A DNA stretch of 56,508 bases from an uncultured Bacilli bacterium (GCA_934130235.1 CAKOXU010000002.1:1-56508), one strand, 5' to 3'. Numbered from the stretch's first letter, positions 1 to 10,245 are shown. Notes: generated by a model from the sequence alone, not told the origin. Numbers and translations are program-made.

Positions 1-114
1 TCCTTATATAATTTATTCAATATTTGTATTGGCTTGTCAATTTTTCTTAAAATTTTCGTGTCCTAATTCTTGACATAAATCCAAAATAACTTGTTTTATT
101 ATAAGAAGAATTAT

Positions 115-1224
115 TTAGCTTGATAATTCTTTTATTGTACTAACATATTCCACTTTGGAATATTTATCGTAATAAGCTTTTGATGTTCTTAATATATGAA
201 TTGTATTTATTAAATAGAAAATTAATAGTGTTAAAGCTATTTCTACAAATATAAATATGCTTATATATGTATTTATATTAAAGTTTGGATATATTTTAAT
301 CATAAACATTACTATTAAATACACTACTCCAAAATAGTTTAAATAAGTAAGTACTGTTTTTATTATTAATCTAATAAAAGTATGATTAGGAAACCGTAAT
401 TTAATATTTAAGAATTTTCCTGCACATGTATATCCATTAAATATATATGGTATTAGTACAAAATATATTGTAGATGTTGATATTATTAATATACTACTAA
501 TTTTAGTTTTAATTATTATTTCTAATACTATTATTATACTTATATATATAAATGTATCTAAAGTATAAAGCGTTATTCTTCTTAAACCTGATACTTTTGT
601 ACCAGCTTTTATAGAATTCTTATCAATTGTATCTCTTGTAGGAAGTGCTTTTTTAAATATACCCATTATATAGAATCCTAGTATACCACCTGCTGTATTT
701 AATATTAAATCATCTATATCAAAGAGTCTATATGGTCTTGGATATATAAAATATAATCCTGTAAGCTGTGTTATTTCAAAGAACAAAGATAACAAAAAGG
801 TAAATATTATTGTATGTCTTAAATCACATTTATAATAATATCTTAAATACATACCAAAAGGTATTGTCATTAGTATATTAAAAAATACTACATACACACA
901 AGATTCAGTTAAAGCCCTCAAATAAGTTGATGGTGCTGATATATTAAACGATGTTTCTTTTATTATATCAGTTATAAAGCTAAATGGTATTAAATTCATT
1001 ATTGGGCCTGTCATATGTGATACTTCTTCTATATCTGGTAATGGAAGTATTACTAAAAAATATATTATTAATAAATAAAGTACAAATGAGTATACAATCA
1101 ATGTTCTTAATTTATTTACAGAACCATATCTATGATATTCAATTAATATAAATGGTATTGTTAAAAGAAAAGCAATTACTGGAAAGAATACTAATGCATT
1201 TTTTATTACTTCTATATAACTCAT
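115..1224 (-). CDS. VanZ-like membrane protein with C-terminal RDD-like multi-TM extension
   Basis: 369-aa ORF. The N-terminal ~190 aa has a VanZ-type TM layout (FDIDDLILNTAGGILGF). The C-terminal ~170 aa adds TM helices with R..LD, GK and YYDKYS..V features like RDD-family proteins. Its start shares one base with the stop of the upstream permease (TAATG at 1222-1226). Confidence 0.7.
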   Translation of the reverse strand: MSYIEVIKNALVFFPVIAFLLTIPFILIEYHRYGSVNKLRTLIVYSFVLYLLIIYFLVILPLPDIEEVSHMTGPIMNLIPFSFITDIIKETSFNISAPSTYLRALTESCVYVVFFNILMTIPFGMYLRYYYKCDLRHTIIFTFLLSLFFEITQLTGLYFIYPRPYRLFDIDDLILNTAGGILGFYIMGIFKKALPTRDTIDKNSIKAGTKVSGLRRITLYTLDTFIYISIIIVLEIIIKTKISSILIISTSTIYFVLIPYIFNGYTCAGKFLNIKLRFPNHTFIRLIIKTVLTYLNYFGVVYLIVMFMIKIYPNFNINTYISIFIFVEIALTLLIFYLINTIHILRTSKAYYDKYSKVEYVSTIKELSS

Positions 1225-3266
1225 TATCGTTCCTTTATAATTGCTTTACTACTTAAGTAAGTTAATATAAAATACCCACCATATATAAATATCAAGAACA
1301 ACATTGTTGTTAAAACTGACGAAAGTAATTTTTCTTTACCAAATGTTTCTAGAATAAGAATGCTGAATCTTATTCCAAATATTGAATGTATTATAGCAAG
1401 TATAAGTGGAAACATAAAGAATATACCTATTTGTCTAAAAAGTGCCTTATTTATTAATCTTTCATCTGCTCCTAATTTCCTTAACATATTATATCTTTCT
1501 TTATTATCTGTTGATTCAGATAATTGTTTTAAAGCAAGTATAGCTGCAGACGATATTAAAAATATTATTCCTAAATAAAGTCCTATAAATGTTACAATTA
1601 CACCTATTCCAACTGAAGCATTAATAACGTCTATTTTTGTATTTATAATTGTATAAGTATTGTTAGATGAATTTATTGTAGAAACAAGCTCTTCATCTAA
1701 TAATTTTTTCTCTTCTATTTTATTTGATTTATAATTAGCCACTAATATTTCTCTATATAAATCAGCTTCATTAACTACATTGTCCGGAACTATTACTATT
1801 CCTGAATTAGAGTAATTAGCTCCTATATCTATAAACCCTTCTTTACACTCATTATACTTAGGTTTTAATGTATAACCATTAATATTTAGTTTTGTTTTAG
1901 CTTTTAAACTTATATTTCTAATTTTTACAATTGTACCATAATCAGCTATTATCATGTATTCATTATTCTTCAAACTATATGTTTCTTTGTTATAATACTT
2001 AGCTAATTTATTGTAATCACTTATTTTTATATATGTTTCTTGTGCTTTTGTATTTAATCCATACACTTTTTCTATATATCTTGACTTTGATCCAAATGTA
2101 TCAGCCATTGTAAAATCTTCTCTTCTATAGGCATTAATTGAAACGCTATCTTTAAAATAATCATTTAAATCTATTCCAATATTTTTTAAAGATTTTTCAA
2201 TTGATATTTGTGAATCTATTGTCAATTCGTTATTACCGGTATCTTCATATGCTATATTCCTTGATTTCGAGAATTCTACATCTACAGGAGCTAATTTATT
2301 TATATTTGCAGTCATAGAATTTTTCATTGATAATGATGCAGATAAAACGCATATTGTTATGAATAACATTAAGCATATTACAGTCATAGATAATACTGTG
2401 GTACTAATTTTACTACTTAATTGTCTAAGAGTAAAACTATTTAATCCACGATAATATATTTTTTTTAATGACATAAATATTCTAAGTAAAAGCCCTGACA
2501 ATGAGAAGAATATTAAAAACGTCGATAGAGCTCCAAGAGCTATAGGGATAAGTATTTCTTGTGGAGTATTTAGTTTACTTATACCATCTGTAACTAAGTA
2601 ATATGCAACTGAAAGTAAAATGACAGATATTATAAATAATATAGTACAAACATAGGGATTTTTAAGCTTTATTTTTTCTTCTCTTTTGTTATAAGAAAGC
2701 AAACTTATAAGTTTTACTTTACTTATATTAACTGTATTAAATATCATCACAAGTAAATACATAATACTAAAATATATTAGTGTTTTAATACAAGCTGAAT
2801 TTGAAAAAACAAATTTAAATTTTGTCATGTCAGCATCAAACATATTAGCGACTATTATACTCATAAATTGTGATAAAAATACGCCCAAGCATAAACCCAC
2901 ACATAATGATATAAGACCTATAAATATTGTTTCTAAAAACAATATAAACGATATTTTTCTTTTACTCATTCCAAGTGTTAAATATATTCCAAATTCTTTA
3001 TTCCTTCTTTTAATTAAAAATCTTGAAGCATATATAATTAGACATCCTAATATAATTGATACAAAAACACTTACTCCGGATAATATATTTATCATAAGAC
3101 CTATTACTTCATGTGTAGAAGATGATACTTCTAACATAGCTGTTTGGCTGTCCATAGAGTTAAAAACATAAAATATAGATACACCTAATATAAGTGTAAA
3201 AAAATATATAGTATAATCTTTGATGCTTTTAGATATATTTTTTAATGATAACTTACAAAGCATCAT
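1224..3266 (-). CDS. BceB-type ABC transporter permease (FtsX-domain, 10 TM, large extracellular loop)
   Basis: 680-aa ORF with TM clusters at both ends and a ~200-aa hydrophilic domain between them. It overlaps the upstream ATPase gene by 14 nt, and an RR-HK pair lies upstream. Confidence 0.85.
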   Translation of the reverse strand: MMLCKLSLKNISKSIKDYTIYFFTLILGVSIFYVFNSMDSQTAMLEVSSSTHEVIGLMINILSGVSVFVSIILGCLIIYASRFLIKRRNKEFGIYLTLGMSKRKISFILFLETIFIGLISLCVGLCLGVFLSQFMSIIVANMFDADMTKFKFVFSNSACIKTLIYFSIMYLLVMIFNTVNISKVKLISLLSYNKREEKIKLKNPYVCTILFIISVILLSVAYYLVTDGISKLNTPQEILIPIALGALSTFLIFFSLSGLLLRIFMSLKKIYYRGLNSFTLRQLSSKISTTVLSMTVICLMLFITICVLSASLSMKNSMTANINKLAPVDVEFSKSRNIAYEDTGNNELTIDSQISIEKSLKNIGIDLNDYFKDSVSINAYRREDFTMADTFGSKSRYIEKVYGLNTKAQETYIKISDYNKLAKYYNKETYSLKNNEYMIIADYGTIVKIRNISLKAKTKLNINGYTLKPKYNECKEGFIDIGANYSNSGIVIVPDNVVNEADLYREILVANYKSNKIEEKKLLDEELVSTINSSNNTYTIINTKIDVINASVGIGVIVTFIGLYLGIIFLISSAAILALKQLSESTDNKERYNMLRKLGADERLINKALFRQIGIFFMFPLILAIIHSIFGIRFSILILETFGKEKLLSSVLTTMLFLIFIYGGYFILTYLSSKAIIKER

Positions 3267-4020
3267 TTAAATCACCACCAAGTAATGTTACTACATCTAT
3301 TATTTTATTAAAAAACTCTTTTCTTGTATCTTCTCCACGCATTATTTCACTAAAAATTTTGCCATCTTTAATAAAAATTACACGAGTTGAATAACTAGCT
3401 GTAAATGCATCATGTGTTACCATTAGTATTGTAGTTTTTAAATCATTATTTAAGTATTTAAATCTTTCTAGCAACATTTTAGCCGATTTAGAATCGAGTG
3501 CTCCAGTAGGTTCATCTGCAAGCACTATTTTTGGATTTGTTATTATAGCACGTGCACTTGCTACTCTTTGTTTTTGCCCTCCACTCATTTGATAAGGATA
3601 TTTATTTAAACAATCTGTTATATTTAATTTTTTAGCAACTTCTTTTACTCTACTTTCTATTTGCTTTACATTTATATTTTGTATGGATAATGCTAAAGCT
3701 ATATTTTCATATGCAGTTAATGTATCAAGTAAATTAAAATCTTGAAAAATAAATCCTAATTTTTCTCTTCTGAATTTATTTAAACTATTACCTTTTAGTT
3801 TAGTTATATCACATTCTTGTACATAAATGTGTCCAGATGTTACTTTATCAATTGTAGAAATACAGTTAAGAAGTGTTGTCTTACCACTTCCACTGGCTCC
3901 CATAATAGCGACAAATTCACCCTTTTCTACATCAAAAGAAATATTATTAATTGCTTTAGTTAAACTAGATCTATTACCATAATACTTTTCTATTTTATCT
4001 ATTTTTAAAATATTTTCCAT
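3253..4020 (-). CDS. BceA-type ABC transporter ATP-binding protein
   Basis: Walker A GASGSGKTT, signature MSGGQKQR, Walker B VLADEPTGALD. Shine-Dalgarno GGAAGGGAG lies upstream of the ATG. Confidence 0.9.
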   Translation of the reverse strand: MENILKIDKIEKYYGNRSSLTKAINNISFDVEKGEFVAIMGASGSGKTTLLNCISTIDKVTSGHIYVQECDITKLKGNSLNKFRREKLGFIFQDFNLLDTLTAYENIALALSIQNINVKQIESRVKEVAKKLNITDCLNKYPYQMSGGQKQRVASARAIITNPKIVLADEPTGALDSKSAKMLLERFKYLNNDLKTTILMVTHDAFTASYSTRVIFIKDGKIFSEIMRGEDTRKEFFNKIIDVVTLLGGDLNDAL

Positions 4021-4087
4021 AATATTCTCCCTTCCATGTATAATTCTATTATTTTTATAATTATTTGTCGCTCTTTTAATATAATTT

Positions 4088-4109
4088 AATATTACAATTA
4101 TGTAATATT
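4088..4109. promoter_or_regulatory. Perfect 9-bp inverted repeat AATATTACA-ATTA-TGTAATATT upstream of the ABC ATPase gene; candidate response-regulator operator and/or end of the HK transcript
   Basis: Read directly from the sequence. It lies 68-89 nt upstream of the ATPase start codon and overlaps the HK stop codon (4108-4110). Bce-type regulators are known to bind inverted repeats upstream of their transporter promoters. Confidence 0.35.
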
Positions 4110-5121
4110 AAAATTTATAATACTTATTGTTTCCAAATTTAATAATAACTGTAGTATATTTTCCTTCTTCTGATTCAATTTCAATAGTATGACCTAATTT
4201 TCTACACAGATTACTTGCTATATAAAGTCCAATACCTGTAGATTTAATTCTATTTCTACCATTAGTTCCTGTAAATGATTTTTTAAATACATTAGGAATA
4301 TCTCTTTTCGGTATACCTATACCATTATCAGTAATACATAGACTAATTTCATCCAAGGATGTAGTTGCACTTATTTTAATATAAGAATTTTTTATATTCT
4401 TTTTATATTTAATACTATTGTTAATTATTTGATTTAATATAAATTCTAACCATTTATAATCAGTATAAACGCTCAAATTGTTTAAATTTACTTCTAAATT
4501 TATCTTATTTTCTAATAAATCATCTTTATTTTTTAAAGCAATGCTAGATATTACTTTATCAAGTTTTACTTCTTTAAATACAAAATCATTTTCTGTATAA
4601 TTACTTCTTACATAATATAATATTTGATCTATATAATTATCAAGTCTCCTAATTTGTTCAGCAAATGATAAATCTAATTTATTTTTATTATTATGACACA
4701 TCAGTATTAAACTAGAAATTGGTATTTTAACCTCATGTATCCACATTTCTATATACTCTTTGAAATCTTCTATACTCTTCTCATAATCATTTACGTTTTC
4801 TATCATAGATTTATTTATATCATATAACAATTGATGCATAATTTGACCTTCATAAAATGATGGAGTCTTTATTGTCTCAATAACTAAATATTTTTTATCT
4901 AGATTTTCGGTATTCATAACAATTTCTTTATAAAAATTATTCTTCCTAACATAGTCATATATTAATATTATAAAAGTGCACAAAAGTATAATAATACTAA
5001 TAATCAATATTACAAGTGGTGGAGTTTTAAACGCCTTTAGCAATAAAGCAACTACAATATTTGTAACAAATAAAATAATAATTACAAATAATTTATCTAA
5101 AATATATCTATTTAGTTTCAT
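4108..5121 (-). CDS. Intramembrane-sensing histidine kinase (BceS-like)
   Basis: 337 aa. Two N-terminal TM helices with almost no extracellular loop. H-box HEVKIPISSL, G1 DNGIGIP, G2 GIGLYI. Overlaps the RR gene by 4 nt. Confidence 0.85.
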   Translation of the reverse strand: MKLNRYILDKLFVIIILFVTNIVVALLLKAFKTPPLVILIISIIILLCTFIILIYDYVRKNNFYKEIVMNTENLDKKYLVIETIKTPSFYEGQIMHQLLYDINKSMIENVNDYEKSIEDFKEYIEMWIHEVKIPISSLILMCHNNKNKLDLSFAEQIRRLDNYIDQILYYVRSNYTENDFVFKEVKLDKVISSIALKNKDDLLENKINLEVNLNNLSVYTDYKWLEFILNQIINNSIKYKKNIKNSYIKISATTSLDEISLCITDNGIGIPKRDIPNVFKKSFTGTNGRNRIKSTGIGLYIASNLCRKLGHTIEIESEEGKYTTVIIKFGNNKYYKF

Positions 5122-5780
5122 TTTAATATATACCCTTGATTCTTTCTTGTTTCTATAATATCACCATATCCAAAACTCGACAATTTTCTTCTTAATCTAC
5201 TAATATTTACTGTAAGTGCATTATCGTTTATATACTCTTCATTATCCCACAGTATAGTCATAAGTTCATCACGTGTAACTATTCTATCTTTATTATTTAA
5301 AAGATATGAAAAAATTATCATTTCATTTTTCGTAAGATCAATAACTATATCATCTTTTTTTAATATTGACTTTGATAAATATATAGTTAAATCTAAATAA
5401 TTGATTGTATCACAAGTTTGCTCTAATCTTTTAAATATATTTTGTATTCTCAAAAGAAGTATTGTTGGATTATATGGTTTTGTTATATAATCGTCCGCAC
5501 CATATGACATTGATAAAACTTCATCTATTTCACTCGATTTACTTGTAAGCATTATAACTGGCACATTAGATTCTTTTCTTATATTTTTAAGTAAACTCTC
5601 ACCATTTATATTAGGTATATTAATATCCATAAGTATTAAATCCGCACCGCTTTTTGATATTTCGGTCATAGAATTATCAAAATCAGTTAAAACAAGTACT
5701 TCATATCCATCATGGACTAATATCTCCTTTAATTCGTTTACTATTGTTTTTTCATCTTCTACAATTAATATTTTTTTCAT
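5118..5780 (-). CDS. OmpR-family response regulator (BceR-like)
   Basis: 220 aa. Receiver domain (ILIVEDE, LILMDINIP) plus a C-terminal winged-helix Trans_reg_C-like region. Confidence 0.9.
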   Translation of the reverse strand: MKKILIVEDEKTIVNELKEILVHDGYEVLVLTDFDNSMTEISKSGADLILMDINIPNINGESLLKNIRKESNVPVIMLTSKSSEIDEVLSMSYGADDYITKPYNPTILLLRIQNIFKRLEQTCDTINYLDLTIYLSKSILKKDDIVIDLTKNEMIIFSYLLNNKDRIVTRDELMTILWDNEEYINDNALTVNISRLRRKLSSFGYGDIIETRKNQGYILK

Positions 5781-5812
5781 AATACACCTCCACTTTATTG
5801 TATCACATTTAT

Positions 5813-5841
5813 TAAAAGCAGGAGAATACTATTCTTCTGCT
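5813..5841 (-). terminator. Rho-independent terminator after the ABC exporter permease
   Basis: 11-bp stem AGCAGGAGAAT/ATTCTTCTGCT (one G-T pair), 3-nt loop, flanked by A/T runs. Starts right after the stop at 5844-5846. Confidence 0.6.
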
Positions 5842-5843
5842 TT

Positions 5844-7445
5844 TTAAACGTTTATATTTTTATAATCTTTTATACCTTTTTGCATTAAAATATAATATAA
5901 AACTAATGAAATAATAGTAATGATTATTAAATGAATAGTTATAAGTATATGAATATCAACAGTGTCATAAAAATGAGTCAATCCAAAAATACTAATTAGA
6001 AACACTCCTAATCCAACAAATACTGATATAGTAGAACTCATACTTTGCTTTACAATTTCTGTATCATTAGTAGCATTCATCTTTGGATATTTCAAATTAA
6101 CTAATAAACCTAATACCGCGCTAAAAAAGATTGTTATTACTCCTATAAGTAGTATTACTACTACATAGAATATGCTAGGCTTAAAAACTATAAAATATAT
6201 TAATTCTCCTATTAATATAAAAGGCAATTCTATAACAAATGGGTAAATTACTTTTGAGTTTAATATATCCTTATACTCTATAGGTAAACTTTTTGTAATA
6301 TTCATAGTTCTTCCTTCTAGTGATATGGACGATGATGTAATAGATGTCATTGAAGTCGAGAAAAATATTAACCCATAATATAAAAGTTGAATAGGTGCGC
6401 TATTATTTAATCCATATCCTGAAAGCAAATTTTCAAATACTCCTCTACCCTTTATGCATAATAATAAAGATACAATAAGACTTAAAAAAAGTCCAAAAGA
6501 TGTATTTAATATATATACAGGTGAAGATATATATCTTTTCAACTCTTTTATAATTAAAGACTTAATTGGTTTATTTGATTTAAAAGAAGTTCTTTTTATT
6601 TTTTTATTCTTTACTATATTTCCTTTAGAGTCAGAAATAATCTTAAAATAATATTTAGATCCTATAAATATAAACAGTAAAAGCGGTAAAACATTTATAA
6701 GTACTAATTTAATCAATACAACTAAATCAAATTTATTAATTAAACTAATATAAGCACCTATAGGATAATATATTTTTATTAATACATCATTTATATCTGT
6801 AGCTTTTAAAACTATATTATCTATAAATGAATCTAACTTACTACTTATAAAAAATATAAGTAATAATACTACAATAGAAAGTATAGTTTGTACTATTTTT
6901 TTATAGCTAGCTTTACTTGAAAGCGTTTTAACTATATATCCTAAAAAACTAGATATAACAGTTGGTATTATTGGTATCAAGAATGTCATCAATAGTGAAA
7001 TAAAGTAAAAATCTATTGATGGTTTTTCATAATAAATATAAGCTACAAAAGCAGGTAATAAGAACATCAAATTATATATATACTCAAATAATAACAATTT
7101 AAATATTCTAATAAATAAAATATTTGATTTTTTTATAGGTAAAGAGAACAATAAATCATTATCACGTGCTTCAAATAATATTCCTTGAGATTTATATATT
7201 CCTTGTATAAATGTGAATATACTAACGATTGCTATAAACATAGAAAGTACTACATAGGTTAATTTAAACGTATATAATTTTTCACTTATCATAAATGCAT
7301 ATGAGCCTATTGATATACATACCAATAAAAATAATAATATAGGAAATAGTATTTTTTTATATTTACTAGAATTATTTTTAACTGTATATGCAAACATATT
7401 CATATCTTGACTAAGTACAGCTTTAAATAGTGAGAACGTTTTCAT
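5844..7445 (-). CDS. Multi-TM putative ABC exporter permease
   Basis: 533-aa highly hydrophobic ORF with about 12 predicted TM segments. Its start overlaps the stop of the upstream ATPase gene by 1 nt. Confidence 0.6.
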   Translation of the reverse strand: MKTFSLFKAVLSQDMNMFAYTVKNNSSKYKKILFPILLFLLVCISIGSYAFMISEKLYTFKLTYVVLSMFIAIVSIFTFIQGIYKSQGILFEARDNDLLFSLPIKKSNILFIRIFKLLLFEYIYNLMFLLPAFVAYIYYEKPSIDFYFISLLMTFLIPIIPTVISSFLGYIVKTLSSKASYKKIVQTILSIVVLLLIFFISSKLDSFIDNIVLKATDINDVLIKIYYPIGAYISLINKFDLVVLIKLVLINVLPLLLFIFIGSKYYFKIISDSKGNIVKNKKIKRTSFKSNKPIKSLIIKELKRYISSPVYILNTSFGLFLSLIVSLLLCIKGRGVFENLLSGYGLNNSAPIQLLYYGLIFFSTSMTSITSSSISLEGRTMNITKSLPIEYKDILNSKVIYPFVIELPFILIGELIYFIVFKPSIFYVVVILLIGVITIFFSAVLGLLVNLKYPKMNATNDTEIVKQSMSSTISVFVGLGVFLISIFGLTHFYDTVDIHILITIHLIIITIISLVLYYILMQKGIKDYKNINV

Positions 7446-8158
7446 TATTTGTTTTCCTCTAATTCAAGAAATACTTGTTCTAATGATTCATCGCCTTTTA
7501 CATCATTCATTGTACCAATACTTATTAATTTACCCTGTTTTATAATAGCTACTCTATTACATAATTTTTCAGCCACATCTAATATATGTGTGGAAAAGAA
7601 TATTGTCTTTCCTTGTTTTGTCATCTCATGCATTAACTCTTTCATATCATATATAGCTTTTGGATCTAATCCTACAAATGGTTCATCCATTATAAGTACT
7701 TTAGGATCGTGGGAAAGCGCCGCTATTAAAGCAGTCTTTTGCTTCATACCATGAGAAAAGCTAGAAATATCATCGCTTAATTTATTTTCCATATTAAACA
7801 TCTTTGAATATTTTAATATATTTTCTTTTCTAACGGATTCAGATATATTATACATATCACATACAAAATTTATAAAATCTATAGCCTTCATATTTTCATA
7901 CAAATCAGGATTATCTGGTACATATGCCATATCCATTTTACATAAGACAGGATCATTTTTTATAGAATTACCATTTATTAAAATATCCCCTTGTTCAAAA
8001 TCTAATATTCCTACTATAGATTTAATCATAGTAGTTTTTCCTGCACCATTATGTCCAATGAATGCAAATATTTCACCATCATTTACATTAAAGCTAATAT
8101 TATCAATAGCTCGCTTATCTTTATTATAAGACTTCACAACGTTTTTAATTTCTATCAT
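7445..8158 (-). CDS. ABC transporter ATP-binding protein (ABC-2 type)
   Basis: Walker A GHNGAGKTT, signature-like FSHGMKQK, Walker B LIMDEPFVGLD. Confidence 0.9.
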   Translation of the reverse strand: MIEIKNVVKSYNKDKRAIDNISFNVNDGEIFAFIGHNGAGKTTMIKSIVGILDFEQGDILINGNSIKNDPVLCKMDMAYVPDNPDLYENMKAIDFINFVCDMYNISESVRKENILKYSKMFNMENKLSDDISSFSHGMKQKTALIAALSHDPKVLIMDEPFVGLDPKAIYDMKELMHEMTKQGKTIFFSTHILDVAEKLCNRVAIIKQGKLISIGTMNDVKGDESLEQVFLELEENK

Positions 8159-8950
8159 TTATTCACTCCTAAAATTTATTTCTATTTTTCCTACTCCACC
8201 ATCTATATTTATAAGATTTCTTCCACTTCCATAAATAGCATCACTGCTAACTTTTTCATTATCTATTACATTTTTACCTACACAGCCATCTAATTTTATT
8301 TTATAATCATTTTTATTTCCAAATAGATTTAATTCTAATGATCCTACATTAGCATCTATTTCGTTTCTACCAGTAAGAGTAGTATTTATAATAGCTTTTC
8401 CTACACCCATATCAAAATCTAAATTTGATATATCTGATGAAGCTATTTCTAATTTTCCTACACCAGTTTCTATAGATGTATTATTTGATTTTAAGTACTT
8501 TATAAAAGTCGATCCTTTGCCTAAATCTAAATCTAATTCATTAGAAATGATACTATCTATCTCCAATTTCCCTACATTAGTATTTATTGATACTTCATCA
8601 AATTCATAATCCTTAGGGATATAAATAGTTAAATCACTTGATCTAAGATTAAGTAATTTATTTTTTTCCTTAATAACTAACTCTGATCCATTATTTTTAC
8701 AAATTGTGTTTTCAGAAGTCGAATCTATTGAAAAAGTTTCACCGTCTTTTATAGTAATATTAGTATTAACAACATCAATATCCAAACTATTTACATTATT
8801 GTAGTTACATTTATTACTACCACTATTATGTATTCCAAATATACTACCTAAAGATGATATGCCTAATATTACTATACTTAGTATAGTAATAATTAAAAAT
8901 ATTGCAAGACATACAGCCAAATACTTAATTAATTTTTGAGTTGAAGTCAT
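8159..8950 (-). CDS. Membrane-anchored beta-repeat protein, DUF4097-like (putative adhesin-type beta-helix)
   Basis: 263 aa. N-terminal TM anchor followed by repeated GVGK/VGKLE(I) beta-strand units (VGKLEIDS, GVGKLEIAS, GVGKAII, VGSLELN, GVGKIEIN). Directly abuts the ATPase gene. Confidence 0.55.
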   Translation of the reverse strand: MTSTQKLIKYLAVCLAIFLIITILSIVILGISSLGSIFGIHNSGSNKCNYNNVNSLDIDVVNTNITIKDGETFSIDSTSENTICKNNGSELVIKEKNKLLNLRSSDLTIYIPKDYEFDEVSINTNVGKLEIDSIISNELDLDLGKGSTFIKYLKSNNTSIETGVGKLEIASSDISNLDFDMGVGKAIINTTLTGRNEIDANVGSLELNLFGNKNDYKIKLDGCVGKNVIDNEKVSSDAIYGSGRNLINIDGGVGKIEINFRSE

Positions 8951-9597
8951 TTAATATTCACACCTCCAAATAAACATGTACAATTTATATAAATTGTATA
9001 CTTACCATTTCCTTTATACTTGTTATTTACGCCACCAAATATCGGAGTAGACTTTACTTTAACATTTACTCCTTCTTTTAATGTTATGTCTATTCCACCA
9101 AATATACTACTCGCATTAATTATTATATCCTTTTTTATATCTGAATCGCTTAGGTCATACTTAACTGATCCAAATACAGCTGTTAAATCAGCTCCTTCAA
9201 ATAAATCTTTTACTTTAATTATTTCTTCACCAAAAGTTGCACATATTTCTTTATTGTTTTTATCACTTATATTTATCTTTTCAACTTTATTATCTTTAAA
9301 TATAAATGATAATCCAATTACAACTAAAATTACTGGCAACATTAGTTTCCAAATTATACTGAAACTTAATATATTTTGACAGCTTAGAAGTAATAAAATT
9401 CCTATTGTAAGCCCTATTATACTTCCTGTTTTTGAAGTACTATTAAAAAGCCCTACAAACGACGGTATAATTATAAACAAAGTCCACCATCCATTAAAAA
9501 ACAAATTAATATTAACTATGTCAAATGAATTTAATCCTATAATAACTCCTATAAATATAATTATTAATCCTAATATATAATTTTTCATATCAATCAC
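8947..9597 (-). CDS. LiaF-like cell-envelope stress protein (4 TM plus DUF2154-like C-terminal domain)
   Basis: 216 aa. The N-terminal ~100 aa is hydrophobic. The C-terminal region has repeated FGG/FGS motifs (AVFGSVKYDL, SIFGGIDITL, PIFGGVNNK, CLFGGVNIK) typical of LiaF/YvqF C-termini. Confidence 0.6.
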   Translation of the reverse strand: MIDMKNYILGLIIIFIGVIIGLNSFDIVNINLFFNGWWTLFIIIPSFVGLFNSTSKTGSIIGLTIGILLLLSCQNILSFSIIWKLMLPVILVVIGLSFIFKDNKVEKINISDKNNKEICATFGEEIIKVKDLFEGADLTAVFGSVKYDLSDSDIKKDIIINASSIFGGIDITLKEGVNVKVKSTPIFGGVNNKYKGNGKYTIYINCTCLFGGVNIK

Positions 9598-10186
9598 CCT
9601 TTCTTATTATCCATGGATTATTTGGATTTTGTTCAAGCAGCATGAGTGCTTGAAACTCTTGAGATAGTAATTGTTTTATCTCATCATCAGTAAATTTTAT
9701 AGTTTTGGTAGCTACAAGTGTAGCTATTCCATGAGTAAATAACCACATCTTTACATGAAAATCTTCTATTTTATTGTCTGATAATCTTGTACTATTTTTA
9801 GCAAATTTCATAACACGATTAAAATCATTCTCTTCTTTTGATATAAATTTTTTTGGAGCATAATCAAATTCACTCATAAATAGTACTTTAAATAAATTTT
9901 TCTCATCACGAGCAAACTTAATATAATTTATACCTATTTGTTTATACTTAGGCACATCGTCTATTATGTTTTCTATTATATAATCATAAAAATATTTTTC
10001 CATCTTAGAATAAAGCTCCGCCTTAAGCTCATCAACATTTTTAAACTGATAGTATATTGGTCTAATAGAAGAATTTAATTTTTTAGCTATTTCTCTATTA
10101 CTTACACTCTCAATACCAGATTCACGCACGATATTAAAAGCAGCATCCAATATATTATTCTTGGTTATTTTAAGTGTTGTTGGCAT
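9590..10186 (-). CDS. TetR/AcrR-family transcriptional regulator
   Basis: 198 aa. N-terminal HTH (SNREIAKKLNSSIRPIYYQFKNVDEL). First gene of a tightly packed five-gene operon. Confidence 0.85.
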   Translation of the reverse strand: MPTTLKITKNNILDAAFNIVRESGIESVSNREIAKKLNSSIRPIYYQFKNVDELKAELYSKMEKYFYDYIIENIIDDVPKYKQIGINYIKFARDEKNLFKVLFMSEFDYAPKKFISKEENDFNRVMKFAKNSTRLSDNKIEDFHVKMWLFTHGIATLVATKTIKFTDDEIKQLLSQEFQALMLLEQNPNNPWIIRKGD

Positions 10187-10212
10187 ATATATCTCCTTTC
10201 TATATTAGTTAT

Positions 10213-10245
10213 ATTGTATCACATAATACAATATTTGTATACAAA
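10213..10245. promoter_or_regulatory. Two adjacent palindromes sharing TTGTAT/ATACAA half-sites; candidate TetR operators
   Basis: ATTGTAT-cacata-ATACAAT (10213-10232) followed by the 12-bp perfect palindrome TTTGTATACAAA (10234-10245). They lie 27-59 nt upstream of the tetR start codon. Confidence 0.4.

Noticed and set aside
4066-4072. TTTGTCGCT upstream of the Bce-type ATPase gene as another 0A-like box.
   Set aside because: Two mismatches in the conserved GAA end of the box. The promoter is better explained by control from the adjacent response regulator.
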